NCBI GenBank assembly: GCA_965204535.1
Contig: OZ241996.1
Location: forward strand, 1,248,001-1,312,000
Origin: a bacterium
GTDB lineage: Bacteria; UBA8248
Reading direction: 5' to 3'
Length of the DNA stretch: 64,000 nt
The notes below the pieces were generated by a model, which was not told the DNA's origin, searched no databases, and worked only from the letters and a program-made list of their open reading frames with translations. This document shows positions 28,332-38,639 of this stretch, in pieces. Both the position numbers and the translations under genes were made by a program. Every line of letters begins with the position of its first letter. Within the stretch, counting starts at the first letter, position 1.

Positions 28332-28523
28332 TCAGTCGTAGTCCTTGCCCTCGGGGTCGGAGACGTTCCGGTAGTAGTCCTGAATGTCGTCGACGAGGCG
28401 GTCGACCTCGGTTTCCGGTTTTTTCCGCTTGGGCGCCAGATAGCGGTGCAGCAGATAAAAAGCGATGAACCCCAGGAAAAAGCCCAGAGCCGCGCCGTCG
28501 AGGAATGTCTGGTATCCGCCCAT
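28332..28523 (-). CDS. small single-TM hypothetical protein
   Basis: 63 aa, hydrophobic N-terminal helix and charged tail; GGAG RBS. Confidence 0.6.
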   Translation of the reverse strand: MGGYQTFLDGAALGFFLGFIAFYLLHRYLAPKRKKPETEVDRLVDDIQDYYRNVSDPEGKDYD

Positions 28524-28707
28524 CGGAACGCTCCGCCCATAATGTCGTGTATGGACTCACCTTAGCTTCGGGGGCGTTTGCCTGTCAACTGAATGGAGGG
28601 TTAGGCCGTTTCGCCGGGAAGCGTTAAAGTGCAAGGATGAATGACGGAAGAGCAGTCCGTGCATCGCCGGATGGCTGCAGACTTGAAATCCATGAAAGAG
28701 TATTGCA

Positions 28708-30843
28708 ATGAGCGCGCGCGAGCACAGGACATACACGATCAAGCGTCCCGCGACTTCGCCCGCGCGGCGTAAGGCGTATGAGGATAAGCTCAACCCCCAG
28801 CAATTAGAGGTCGTAATGGCGGGCGGGGGGCCGCTTCTCGTCATCGCGGGCGCAGGCAGCGGGAAGACGCACACCATCACCTACCGCCTCGCGCGCCTCG
28901 TGGAAGACGGCGTCGCGCCCGAATCGATCCTCCTCGTCACCTTCACGAACAAGGCCGCGCGCGAGATGCTGCACCGGGCCGCCTCCTTAATCCAGACCGA
29001 CGCGCGGCGCGTCTGGGGCGGCACGTTCCACCACGTGGGGAATCTGATACTCAGGCGATACGGTAATCTCATCGGCTACGGGCCGAGTTTCACCATCCTG
29101 GACCGCGAGGACGCTGCCGACCTCGTGACCGAGTGCATCCGCCTCGCCGGGTTCGACCCGAAGGAGAAGTATTTCCCGAGAGGCCGCGTACTGGAGTCGA
29201 TTTTCGCCTTGGCCGCCGATACCGACCGCGGCGTTGCGGAGACGGTGCTCAGTCGTTATTCGTATCTGGTGGACCGCGTGGGCGAGATAGAGCAAATCGC
29301 CGCCCACTACGAGGAGCGCAAAAAAGAGCTTCAGGCGGTGGATTTCTCTGGACTCCTCTCCCTCACGCGGGATTTGCTCGCGGAAAACGAAGAAGTCAGA
29401 CGGGAACTCCAGACCCGTTTTCGCTACATCCTCGTGGATGAATACCAGGACACGAACAAGGTGCAGGCCGACCTAGTGGACCTCCTCGCCGGAGCGCAGA
29501 AAAACGTCACCGTGGTAGGCGATGACGCGCAGAGTATCTACAGCTTCCGGGGTGCGCATTTCGAGAACATCATCACCTTTCCGGAGCGATACCCCGACGC
29601 CAGACTCTTCCGCCTGGAAGAGAACTACCGGAGCACGGCCAACATCCTGTCGCTCGCCAACGCCTCCATCGCCCACAACAGGCGCCAGTTCGAAAAAAGC
29701 CTGAAGACCACGCGCGGCGAGGGGATGAAGCCCGCCCTCGTGGCCGCGCGCGACGCCATGCAGCAGGCGGATTTCGTGGTCGACCGCACGCTGGCGCTGC
29801 GCGATGAGGATGACGTTCCGCTCTCCCAGATCGCGGTGCTCTACCGGGCGCACTACCACTCGATGGAGCTTCAAATGGAGCTTACCCGCCGGGGCATTCC
29901 CTTCGAGATCAGGAGCGGGCTTCGCTTTTTCGAGCAACGCCACATCAAGGACGTGACGGCCTTCTTGAGGCTCGTGAGTTCCCCGGCGGACGAGTTGGCC
30001 TGGAAGCGCGCGCTCAAGCTCCTTCCCGGCGTGGGAGACGTGACGGCGCACAGGGTCTGGGAGCAGGTGAGGATATGGGAGGAACCTTTCTCATTTCTCG
30101 AAAGCGGCAGCGTGGGTTCCCTCCCCGGGAACGCGCGCGTGAGTTTCGAGATTTTCAGAAAACTGGTCGTCGATCTGACGGGCGCGCCCCGCGCCGCCGC
30201 GGGAGAGAAGCCGTCCGCCCTGCCGCCGACGGAGATGATCAACCTCGTGCTGGATCGCTTCTATCAGGAATACGTCGAGAACACCTTCGAAGATGCAGAG
30301 GCGCGCATCGAGGACGTGCGCCAGCTCGCGGAATACGCTGTGCAGTACGACGGGGCGACGGCGTTTCTCTCGGAACTGGCGCTCATGGGAACGGCTGCCG
30401 CAGCCAGTCCTGCGACGTCTGGCGAGGAAGACGAGCCGGACGAGTCGATGGTCCTGACCTCGGTTCACCAGGCGAAGGGACTGGAGTGGAAAGTGGTGTT
30501 CCTCATCTGGCTCACCGACACGCGTTTCCCCTCGACGCGCTCCCTGACGGACCCTGAGGGTGAGGAGGAGGAGAGGCGGCTTTTCTACGTCGCCCTCACG
30601 CGCGCGAAGGATGAACTCTACATGTGCCAGCCCATGCTCGAGAGCGAGAAGTGGAACATGGGCGCGTTCTCACGTCTTTCGAGATACGTGGAGGAATTGC
30701 CTGAGCAACTCTATGAACGCTGGCTGCTCGAAGAAGAGGCGATAGGGGCGCCGCAGGAGGAAGACGCTTCAGAGCCCGCCTCGCGTCCCGCCGATCCCGA
30801 TGAGCCGGACGGCCTGCGGTATGAATACGATGCGGATGCTTGA
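28708..30843 (+). CDS. UvrD/PcrA-family ATP-dependent helicase
   Basis: AGAGSGKT, TFTNKAA, VDEYQD, VGDDAQSIY, ENYRS, HQAKGLEW, EERRLFYVALTRA. Confidence 0.95.
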   Translation: MSAREHRTYTIKRPATSPARRKAYEDKLNPQQLEVVMAGGGPLLVIAGAGSGKTHTITYRLARLVEDGVAPESILLVTFTNKAAREMLHRAASLIQTDARRVWGGTFHHVGNLILRRYGNLIGYGPSFTILDREDAADLVTECIRLAGFDPKEKYFPRGRVLESIFALAADTDRGVAETVLSRYSYLVDRVGEIEQIAAHYEERKKELQAVDFSGLLSLTRDLLAENEEVRRELQTRFRYILVDEYQDTNKVQADLVDLLAGAQKNVTVVGDDAQSIYSFRGAHFENIITFPERYPDARLFRLEENYRSTANILSLANASIAHNRRQFEKSLKTTRGEGMKPALVAARDAMQQADFVVDRTLALRDEDDVPLSQIAVLYRAHYHSMELQMELTRRGIPFEIRSGLRFFEQRHIKDVTAFLRLVSSPADELAWKRALKLLPGVGDVTAHRVWEQVRIWEEPFSFLESGSVGSLPGNARVSFEIFRKLVVDLTGAPRAAAGEKPSALPPTEMINLVLDRFYQEYVENTFEDAEARIEDVRQLAEYAVQYDGATAFLSELALMGTAAAASPATSGEEDEPDESMVLTSVHQAKGLEWKVVFLIWLTDTRFPSTRSLTDPEGEEEERRLFYVALTRAKDELYMCQPMLESEKWNMGAFSRLSRYVEELPEQLYERWLLEEEAIGAPQEEDASEPASRPADPDEPDGLRYEYDADA

Positions 30844-30955
30844 GCGCTTGTTCGCCGCCGCCGCTTCGCGCTATGATTTTTCCCCGAATCCCAGTCATGA
30901 TTAACCGTCATATATAGGATAGAAATTCATATCATTCGCCGTCATCAATGGAGGA

Positions 30956-31771
30956 ATGAGATTCGTGTCGGAACTGAAGGAATACGCGCCGGGGAGTTTT
31001 TGCTGGGCCGATCTGGTGGTGAAGGAGGTGGACGTCGCCAAGGATTTCTATATGTCCCTGTTCGGCTGGACGTTCGAGGATAGGCCCGTGATGGAGGAAG
31101 CCGTCTACACCATCTTCTCGAAAGAGGGAAAACAGGTATGCGCCATGTTCGAGATGTTTCCGGGAATGCTCGAAAGCGGCCATCCCTCTTTCTGGCAGAG
31201 CTACGTGTCGGTCGAGAGCGTGGATGAAACCGTAAAAAGAGCGACCGAGCTCGGCGGCCAAGCCGCCCAGGAGCCGTGCGACGTGCTCGACGCAGGGCGC
31301 ATGGCGATGATCCGCGACCCCGGCGAGGCTTTCCTGTGTCTCTGGCAGCCCAAGGCGCACAAGGGCGCCGACGTCATGGGCGAGCCGGGCGCGCTCAACT
31401 GGAACGAACTGCTCACGAAAGACGTTGGGCGTACGGGCGCTTTCTATGCCGACCTGTTCGGCTGGACGAGCACGGTGACGCCCAACCCCTCTGGCGGGGA
31501 CTACACGGTGTTCATGAGCGGGGAGGAGCCGCGCGCGGGGATGCTCGAACTTACGCCCGAGATGGGCGGGATGCCCCCGCACTGGGGGGTGTATTTCGGC
31601 GTGGAGAATTTCGACGCAGTGCTCGAGAAGGCAATCGGCCTGGGCGGGCAGGGCACGTTTCCCCCGATGGATATTCCCGACGTGGGCAGAATCGGCGGGA
31701 TCATGGACCCGCAGGGGGCGCGCTTCACGGCGATGGAATCAGCGATGGCGTCTGCGAGTAGTGGTGATTGA
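30956..31771 (+). CDS. two-domain VOC/glyoxalase family protein
   Basis: PGSFCWADL..FY..LFGW pattern repeated twice; DPGEA and DPQGA. Confidence 0.9.
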   Translation: MRFVSELKEYAPGSFCWADLVVKEVDVAKDFYMSLFGWTFEDRPVMEEAVYTIFSKEGKQVCAMFEMFPGMLESGHPSFWQSYVSVESVDETVKRATELGGQAAQEPCDVLDAGRMAMIRDPGEAFLCLWQPKAHKGADVMGEPGALNWNELLTKDVGRTGAFYADLFGWTSTVTPNPSGGDYTVFMSGEEPRAGMLELTPEMGGMPPHWGVYFGVENFDAVLEKAIGLGGQGTFPPMDIPDVGRIGGIMDPQGARFTAMESAMASASSGD

Positions 31772-31852
31772 TTTTTCATGGCCGTGAAACGCCCGCCATC
31801 GACAGCGCAAGGGCGCGCCAAACGGCTTATTTCGACAGGAGTGTGAAAACGC

Positions 31853-32497
31853 ATGAACTATAAAACCATCGACCCCGCCGGTAACCACTGGCGGCAGAAC
31901 TACCGCCTGCTCGTCGGCTCCGTCGTGCCGAGGCCCATCGCCTGGGTGAGCACCATCAGTGCTGACGGCTACGCGAACCTCGCCCCCTTCAGCTTCTTCA
32001 CCTGCGTGGGCCACGACCCGCCCCTGCTCTCGATATCGGTGGGCGTGCGCGAAAGTTCCTACAAGGACACGGCGCGCAACATCATGGAGACGCAGGGCTA
32101 CGTCATCCACACGGTGGTGGACGGCCTGGAAGAGCAGATGAACATCTGCGCGGACGACTATCCCTTCGAGGTGAGCGAGTTCGAGGAAGCGGGCTTGACG
32201 CCGATAGATTCCGATCTCGTGAAGGCCCCGCGCATCGCAGAAGCCCCCGTGGCTATGGAGTGCCAGTTCCGCCACCTCATCACGAACGGGCGCGAGCACC
32301 TGACGAACGTCATCATCGGCGAGGTGGTGCGCTGGCACGTTCGCGAGGACGTGATGATCGAGGAGGGGAAATACATCGACCCCGTGCTGCTCCGGCCCGT
32401 GGGCAGGCTGGCGGGCAACGGGTACTGCCGCTCGCACGACGTGTTCGATATGCAGCGGCCCGACAGGAAGGCGACGCAGTTCAGCCCCAAGGGCTGA
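31853..32497 (+). CDS. flavin reductase family protein
   Basis: VVPRPIAWVST, NLAPFSFF, KDTARNI, GRLAG. Confidence 0.92.
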   Translation: MNYKTIDPAGNHWRQNYRLLVGSVVPRPIAWVSTISADGYANLAPFSFFTCVGHDPPLLSISVGVRESSYKDTARNIMETQGYVIHTVVDGLEEQMNICADDYPFEVSEFEEAGLTPIDSDLVKAPRIAEAPVAMECQFRHLITNGREHLTNVIIGEVVRWHVREDVMIEEGKYIDPVLLRPVGRLAGNGYCRSHDVFDMQRPDRKATQFSPKG

Positions 32498-32539
32498 TCG
32501 TCATTATCAAAATCCTCTTAGGCGAAGGAGGGGAATGAG

Positions 32540-33610
32540 ATGAGCGACATACCGGAAACCATGAAGGCCGCCGTCACGCACGGCGCGCACGAGGTGCGCA
32601 TCGAGCAGATTGCCGTGCCCGACTACGAACCCGACCAGGTGCTGGTGAAGGTCGCCGCCTGCGGCATCTGCGGCACGGACATCCATATCTACGAGGGGCA
32701 CATGCGCCCCATGTGGCCGCCTTTTTATCCCTTCGTCCAGGGGCACGAGTGGGCGGGGGAGGTGGCCGCCATCGGAAGCGGCGCGAAAACCTCTCTCGAA
32801 GTGGGCGACCGCGTCATCATGGAGCCGACGGTTGGCTGCGGCGGCTGCGCCACCTGCATCCGGGGCGACTACCACATCTGCGAGAACGCCGCGAAGCCAG
32901 GCGGCGGCTACAAGCTCCTCGGCCATACGGCGAACGGCGCGTTCAGCGAATACGGCTTGGCGCCCCCGAACAACCTCCACAAGATGCCCGACTCCATGAA
33001 ATGGGAAGACGCGGTGATTGTGAACCAGGTCGTCATCGCGCTGCACGCGCTAGAGCGCGGGGGCATCGAGCCCGCCGACACCGTGGCGATTCTCGGCCCC
33101 GGCCTGCTGGGGCTCGCCGTCCTCCAGCTCGTCAAAATGATGGGCGCGTCAAAGACCTTCATCACCGGACGGGGCTACCGGCTGGGAATCGCGGAGGAAC
33201 TCGGCGCCGACCGCACCATCGACATCACGAAGGAGGACCCCGTCGAGGTCGTAATGAGCGAGACGGACGGCCGCGGGGTGGACCTCGTCATCGAGTGCGC
33301 CGGCCCGCCCGAGGTGATGCGCCAGGCGGTGGACATGGCGCGGCGCGGCGGGCGCGTGGTGCTCGAGGGCATCAACGGCGGCCAGGAGACGCCTTTCAAC
33401 ACCGACCGCATCGTGCTCGATGAAATCGCCATATTCGGCGGACGCGGATCGCCCAACTGCTACCCGAGGGCGATCCAGATCATCGCAGACGGCCACATCG
33501 CCATCGACAAGATGCTCACGCACTCTTTCGCGCTCGATGACTTTGGCGAAGCGATGCGCATGTTCAAGGCGCGGGAAGACGGTGTGATGCGCGTGATGCT
33601 GACGCCCTAG
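32540..33610 (+). CDS. zinc-binding alcohol dehydrogenase (MDR family)
   Basis: CGICGTD, GHEWAG, CGGCATC..C, GPGLLG. Confidence 0.93.
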   Translation: MSDIPETMKAAVTHGAHEVRIEQIAVPDYEPDQVLVKVAACGICGTDIHIYEGHMRPMWPPFYPFVQGHEWAGEVAAIGSGAKTSLEVGDRVIMEPTVGCGGCATCIRGDYHICENAAKPGGGYKLLGHTANGAFSEYGLAPPNNLHKMPDSMKWEDAVIVNQVVIALHALERGGIEPADTVAILGPGLLGLAVLQLVKMMGASKTFITGRGYRLGIAEELGADRTIDITKEDPVEVVMSETDGRGVDLVIECAGPPEVMRQAVDMARRGGRVVLEGINGGQETPFNTDRIVLDEIAIFGGRGSPNCYPRAIQIIADGHIAIDKMLTHSFALDDFGEAMRMFKAREDGVMRVMLTP

Positions 33611-33690
33611 GCTGCGTCACAGCGCAGCGCATTCAAAACGAACGAACCGGTCCGCCGGGCCTGATTTGAGAGACATAAGGAGGATATTCC

Positions 33691-34740
33691 ATGCCCCAGA
33701 AACTCCTGCCCACCACCGTCGTTGGCAGCTACACCCAGCCGGAATGGCTCATCGACCGCGAGAATCTCACCACGCGCCTCCCTCCGCGCGTGCGCGTGCA
33801 GGAGATATGGCGCATCCCGCCCGAACACCTGGAAGCCGCGCAGGACGACGCCACCCTCCTCGCCATCCGCGACATGGAGCGCGCGGGAATCGACATCATC
33901 TCGGACGGCGAGGTGCGCCGCGAGAGCTATTCGAACCGCGTTGCCACGGCCCTGGGCGGCATCGACACGGAAAACCACGGGTATGCGAAGGACCGCTCGG
34001 GCCGGGACAATCCCGTGCCCCGTGTGATGGGCAAAATCCACCGCCCCCGGCCCATCGAGGTGAGCGACGTGGAGTTTCTGCGCGCCAACACGGATCGCGA
34101 GATCAAGATCACTCTGCCGGGGCCGTTCACCATGACGCAGCAGGCGCAGGATGATTACTACGGCGGCGATCAGCGCGCGATGGCGCTCGACTACGCCCGC
34201 GCGGTGAACGAGGAGGTGAAGGACATGTTCGCAGCGGGCGCCGACGTGGTGCAGATCGACGAGCCCTACATGCAGGCGCGCGCGGAGATAGCCAGGGAGT
34301 TCGCCGTGGAGGTGATCGGCGAGGCCTTGAAGGGTGTCGAGGGCACCACCGCGCTTCACATGTGCTTCGGCTACGCGGCCATCCACGCCTGGCAGGGGCT
34401 GGAAAAGCCCGACGCCTATTCCTTCCTGCCCGAACTCAACGAGAGCGACATCGACCAGATATCCATCGAGGCGGCCCAGCCGCGTCTCGATCTCGCCGTG
34501 CTGGAGAAGCTGCCGGACAAGACCATCATCCTGGGCGTCATCGACAACGACGACCCCGCGATCGAAACGCCCGAAACCGTCGCCGCGCGCATCCGGGCGG
34601 CGCTCAACCATATTACGCCCGAGCGGCTCATTATAGCGCCCGATTGCGGCATGAAGTACATGGACCGCGACGTCGCCTTTGGCAAGCTCAAGTCCATGGC
34701 CGAGGGCGCGGCCATCGTGCGCGAGGAGATCGGGGGGTAG
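33691..34740 (+). CDS. cobalamin-independent methionine synthase II family (single-domain MetE-like)
   Basis: TTVVGSY, DGEVRRE, QIDEP, LHMCFGY, APDCG. Confidence 0.9.
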   Translation: MPQKLLPTTVVGSYTQPEWLIDRENLTTRLPPRVRVQEIWRIPPEHLEAAQDDATLLAIRDMERAGIDIISDGEVRRESYSNRVATALGGIDTENHGYAKDRSGRDNPVPRVMGKIHRPRPIEVSDVEFLRANTDREIKITLPGPFTMTQQAQDDYYGGDQRAMALDYARAVNEEVKDMFAAGADVVQIDEPYMQARAEIAREFAVEVIGEALKGVEGTTALHMCFGYAAIHAWQGLEKPDAYSFLPELNESDIDQISIEAAQPRLDLAVLEKLPDKTIILGVIDNDDPAIETPETVAARIRAALNHITPERLIIAPDCGMKYMDRDVAFGKLKSMAEGAAIVREEIGG

Positions 34741-34755
34741 GGGGGTTGAATCTAG

Positions 34756-35070
34756 TTAATTGGATTTTCCGCCGAAGGCAGTATTGCGCAAGGTGGTGTT
34801 GATGCGGGACTGCCACCCCTTGCCGCCTTTTTTGAAATACGCGACAACGTCCGCATCGAGGCGAATGGTAGTCTGCACTTTGGTGGGCTTTTTCTGCGGC
34901 CCGCGAAACTGGCGGGGAGGGTTGCTCGCCAGTTCTCCCCGTGCGTGGGCCGCGACGATCTCGGGTACGACTTCCGAGGCCGGACGCATCTTTTTCAGCA
35001 TCTCCTTGGTCAAAGGACGATCCTCCGGTTCCATCGGTACGTTGTTCTTTTGTTTTCTCGTCATTTTCAC
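34756..35070 (-). CDS. BrnA-family antitoxin
   Basis: RGPQKKPTK..TIRLDADVV..FK..GKGWQSRIN. Confidence 0.9.
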   Translation of the reverse strand: MKMTRKQKNNVPMEPEDRPLTKEMLKKMRPASEVVPEIVAAHARGELASNPPRQFRGPQKKPTKVQTTIRLDADVVAYFKKGGKGWQSRINTTLRNTAFGGKSN

Positions 35071-35077
35071 TCCTTCG

Positions 35078-35349
35078 TCATGCGCGCTGTTCCGTATATT
35101 GCCTCATCTCTCTTTGATTCGCCTTACGCAGGCTGATGATTCGCACGAACTGCTCACGGCGGGTGAATACCAGAACATGTACCGTTCCTGAATCAGTCCC
35201 AAAGCCCAAAAGCGCCGTTCGTCATATCCGGAGCGCAAATCCTCATAGACCAAAGCCGTTTGCCACTCAAAATCCAGGGCAATGAGGAAATCGACATCAT
35301 GCTTGTCAAGATTAGCCTCCCGTTTGTTCTCATCCCATTCGTATTGCAT
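35078..35349 (-). pseudogene. BrnT-family toxin, frameshifted near 35182
   Basis: MQYEWDENKREANLDKHDVDF N-terminus; VHVLVFT..RIISLRKAN C-terminus lies in another frame. Confidence 0.85.
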
Positions 35350-35473
35350 GTCTGATTGTAATAACAATTTAAGAAAAGCGCAATCGCTATACTGCGTCAG
35401 TGAGTGATGGCTCAGGCTTCCGGTTGTGATATGGTGTCTTGCATTCGCCCACCGAAGCGTTTCGGATACCCAC

Positions 35474-36337
35474 ATGGCAACAAGTACGAAAGCGCAAGTG
35501 CGCAAACCGAACCTCACAACCCATAATGAAAAGCTGACGCCCCCTCTCAAATGGGCCGGCGGCAAGAGGTGGCTCGTCCCGCACATTCAGGCCTATTGGG
35601 AGGCGCACAGCGAGCGCAGACTCGTGGAGCCTTTCTGCGGCGGGTTGGCGGTCGCGCTCGGCCTCGGCCCCGAACGGGCGCTCCTGAACGACATCAACGC
35701 CCCGCTCATGAACTTCTACGCCTGGCTCAAGAAGGGTCTCTCGAACCTTCGACTCGACATGCAAAACGACGCGGAGACTTACTACGCCCACAGGGAGCGG
35801 TTCAACCATCTCCTCATGAGCGGAAAGGGCCGCAACAAGGAGGCGGCAGAGCTTTTCTACTATCTCAACCGTACGGCCTATAACGGACTATGCCGCTTCA
35901 ACGGCAAGGGCGAGTTCAACGTGCCTTTCGGGCGCTACAAGCGCATCAATTACGTGAGGGATTTCTCGGCCTACCGGGAGGCTTTCGAAGGCTGGGAATT
36001 TCTTCGCCGGGATTTCGAGTCGCTGCCCGTCGAGCCCGGTGATTTCATCTACGCGGACCCTCCCTATGACGTCGAGTTCACCAAATACGCCAAGGAGGAT
36101 TTCTCCTGGGCGGGTCAGGTGCGTCTCGCGGAATTTCTCGCCGCGCACGAAGGCCCCGTCGTCCTCTCGAACCAGGCGACGGATAGAATCGTGGAACTGT
36201 ACGAAAAAAACGGATTCGCCCTCTCGTTCCTCGAAGGCCCCCGCCGCATCAGCTGCACGGGCGACCGATCTCCTGCGCGAGAGGTTTTGGCTGTGCGGGG
36301 GGTTGAGAACAAACGTGGAATAGGGTGTGCCGCGTGA
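35474..36337 (+). CDS. Dam-family DNA adenine methyltransferase
   Basis: PPLKWAGGK, EPFCGG, YLNRTAYNGLCRFN..G.FNVPFG, DPPY. Confidence 0.92.
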   Translation: MATSTKAQVRKPNLTTHNEKLTPPLKWAGGKRWLVPHIQAYWEAHSERRLVEPFCGGLAVALGLGPERALLNDINAPLMNFYAWLKKGLSNLRLDMQNDAETYYAHRERFNHLLMSGKGRNKEAAELFYYLNRTAYNGLCRFNGKGEFNVPFGRYKRINYVRDFSAYREAFEGWEFLRRDFESLPVEPGDFIYADPPYDVEFTKYAKEDFSWAGQVRLAEFLAAHEGPVVLSNQATDRIVELYEKNGFALSFLEGPRRISCTGDRSPAREVLAVRGVENKRGIGCAA

Positions 36338-36434
36338 GGGGGAGTTTGAACTACCTCAGGCTTGAGAACCGCTTTAGCGGGTTGTATGATGGCGCACGAT
36401 CAGAATCAGATATTGCCGCCCGTGAGGAAATCGG

Positions 36435-37349
36435 ATGACCAACGCCGCTTCGAGTGTTGAAAGCACGGCGCGGCAGCCGGTGCAGGATATGCTCCCTCGA
36501 TTGGAGGGGGAAAAACCCAAGAGCCAACCCGTCCTCGCGTGCGCGGACAACCTCGTATTCATGAGCGAGCTTCCCGACGAGAGGATGAAGCTCATCGTCA
36601 CCTCGCCCCCTTACAACCTCGGAAAAGAATATGAATCGAGAACACCGCTCGACGCTTACGTCGAGGAGCAGGAGCGTGTGATTCGCGAGTGCGTGCGGCT
36701 CTTGCATCCCAAAGGCTCTATCTGCTGGCAGGTCGGTAATTACGTGGAAAACGGAGAGATCATCCCGCTCGACGCGGTTCTCTATCCCGTCTTTCACGAG
36801 CAGGGCCTCAAGCTGCGTAACCGAATCGTCTGGAGTTTCGGCCACGGGCTTCACTGCACCAAGAGGCTCTCGGGCCGATACGAGACGATCAACTGGTGGA
36901 CGAAGGGCGATGATTACACCTGGAATCTCGACCCGATACGGGTTCCGGCGAAATACCCTGGCAAGAAACATTTCAAGGGGCCGAACATCGGTAAACTCTC
37001 GGGGAATCCCAAGGGCAAGAACCCGAGCGACGTGTGGACCTTCCCGAACGTGAAGAGCAACCACCCGGAAAAAACGGTTCATCCCTGCCAGTTCCCCGTT
37101 GAACTCGTGGAGCGCCTCGTTCTCTCCATGACGGATGCGGGCGATGCGATGTTCGACCCCTACATGGGCGTCGGCTCCTCCGTCATCGCCGCGCTCATGC
37201 ACGGGAGAACGGCGTATGGCTGCGATGTCGTTTCCGAATACGTGGATATCGCGCTGGACAGGGTGCGCCGCTTTTATGAGGGAACCCTCAAAACGCGCCC
37301 GATGGGAAAGCCCATCTACGACCCCGCCAAACCAAACGGCGGGCATTAG
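36435..37349 (+). CDS. N4-cytosine/N6-adenine DNA methyltransferase (beta class)
   Basis: TSPPYN, HPCQFP, DPYMGVGS. Confidence 0.92.
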   Translation: MTNAASSVESTARQPVQDMLPRLEGEKPKSQPVLACADNLVFMSELPDERMKLIVTSPPYNLGKEYESRTPLDAYVEEQERVIRECVRLLHPKGSICWQVGNYVENGEIIPLDAVLYPVFHEQGLKLRNRIVWSFGHGLHCTKRLSGRYETINWWTKGDDYTWNLDPIRVPAKYPGKKHFKGPNIGKLSGNPKGKNPSDVWTFPNVKSNHPEKTVHPCQFPVELVERLVLSMTDAGDAMFDPYMGVGSSVIAALMHGRTAYGCDVVSEYVDIALDRVRRFYEGTLKTRPMGKPIYDPAKPNGGH

Positions 37350-37960
37350 TGCGCATCCAGGCCAAGTATTCGCATCTGAACGGCGAGGAATACCTGCTCG
37401 TCCACCGCAAACAACTATGGGATGAGGTGAAGGAAGTCATCGCGGAAGTCGATGCGGCGGCTTGCCGGACAAAGGTTTCCAGAGAAAAGACCATGCCCGG
37501 AAAGGTTTTGTTCTCGCCCGCCGACATGAACCGCGCGTTCAAGGATGGCCTCAAGGCGCGCGGCTGGAGTGAGCGCAGGAGCACTTTCTGGCTCACGGCG
37601 GATGAGAAGCTCATGCGCGGCATATACGGCATGTCGGAAAGTGAGCAGAAACGCGCCATCGAGAAGGCGGGATACGAACCCATCATGTCCTACAACCAGA
37701 CGGATTTTGTGAAAGAGCGCGTCGCGGTGGAGGTTCAGTTCGGCAAATACGCCTTCGTCGCGCATGACCTGTTCGTGAAGCATCTCAGTTTCTATGTTTC
37801 CGATATCATCGACGTGGGCGTGGAGATACTCCCCATGAAGGAACTGGAGCGGGAGATGTCTTCCGGTGTCGCCTACTATGAGCGGGATTTGCTGAACGTC
37901 TTGCGGCAAGGACGCGGGGTTCCCGCCGTTCCTCTGGTGCTCGTGGGCGTCGCGCCATAA
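37349..37960 (+). CDS. BglII/BstYI-family type II restriction endonuclease
   Basis: YSHLNG, NQTDFVKERVAVEVQFGKY (D..EVQ active site), GVEILPMK. Confidence 0.88.
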   Translation: MRIQAKYSHLNGEEYLLVHRKQLWDEVKEVIAEVDAAACRTKVSREKTMPGKVLFSPADMNRAFKDGLKARGWSERRSTFWLTADEKLMRGIYGMSESEQKRAIEKAGYEPIMSYNQTDFVKERVAVEVQFGKYAFVAHDLFVKHLSFYVSDIIDVGVEILPMKELEREMSSGVAYYERDLLNVLRQGRGVPAVPLVLVGVAP

Positions 37961-37976
37961 CCCAACAAACGTCCCT

Positions 37977-38639
37977 CTACTCACCCCTTTCCTGAAAGGC
38001 GATGCGCTCGCCGGGGGGCTCCACGACGAGGTGGAGCGCCTCGGCCACACGGCCCGTCAGGTTCCACAGACCGCAGATGAGAGTCAGGGAGACGAGTTGT
38101 TCGGTGGAGAAATGTTTCTGCATGGCCTCGAACGCCGCGTCGTTATTCTTCGCCGTCAGGTTCGTGACTTCCTCCGCCCAGCGGACGGCGGCTTTTTCCT
38201 TCTCATTAAAGAGGTCGCTCTCGCGCCAGCCGTCCCCTTCCAATAGGTTGATTTTCTCCTGCGAGATGCCATGAGCCCGACCGAGCTCGACGTTGTGTCC
38301 CAGTCAGTTGTTGCATTCGGTCAGGATGGCCGTCTTGATGATGACGAGCTGGGCCATGTGGATGTATTCGGGGTCGGTGTCCCGGTGCTGGACTCTCAGC
38401 TTTCCGTCCATGATCTGCCAACCCTCGACGAAGCCGGGCGCCCAGCCGAGCAGGCGCAGGAAGCGAGACACCTTGCCCCAGCGCTTCACGCCGCGCTCAT
38501 AGAGGGGCGCCAGTTCGTCGGCCAGGTGTTCGGGAATGTTGTCCGGATCGATGAGCGGCACGCGGGGGAGGGGGCAGGCCATCATTTCCTCGGTGACGCC
38601 CATATCCTGAGAGAGGCCCGTGGCTTCGTTTATCGGCAT
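37977..38639 (-). CDS. AhpD/carboxymuconolactone decarboxylase-like probable selenoprotein (TGA at 38304-38306 read as Sec), 220 aa
   Basis: ORFs 38304-38717 and 37977-38243 are in frame; the junction reads IKTAILTECNN-U-LGHNVELG, matching AhpD CxxCxxH; SECIS-like hairpin follows. Confidence 0.85.
38259..38303 (-). promoter_or_regulatory. bacterial SECIS-like hairpin
   Basis: GAGCUC-GGUC-GGGCUC, loop starting 22 nt after UGA. Confidence 0.7.

Noticed and set aside
28650-28700. tRNA-like GACTTGAAATC loop and nearby hairpin
   Set aside because: No T-arm (TTCGA), acceptor stem or CCA; not tRNA-Sec or tRNA-Ser.
35181-35184. Programmed frameshift in brnT
   Set aside because: No slippery heptamer or homopolymer at the shift site.
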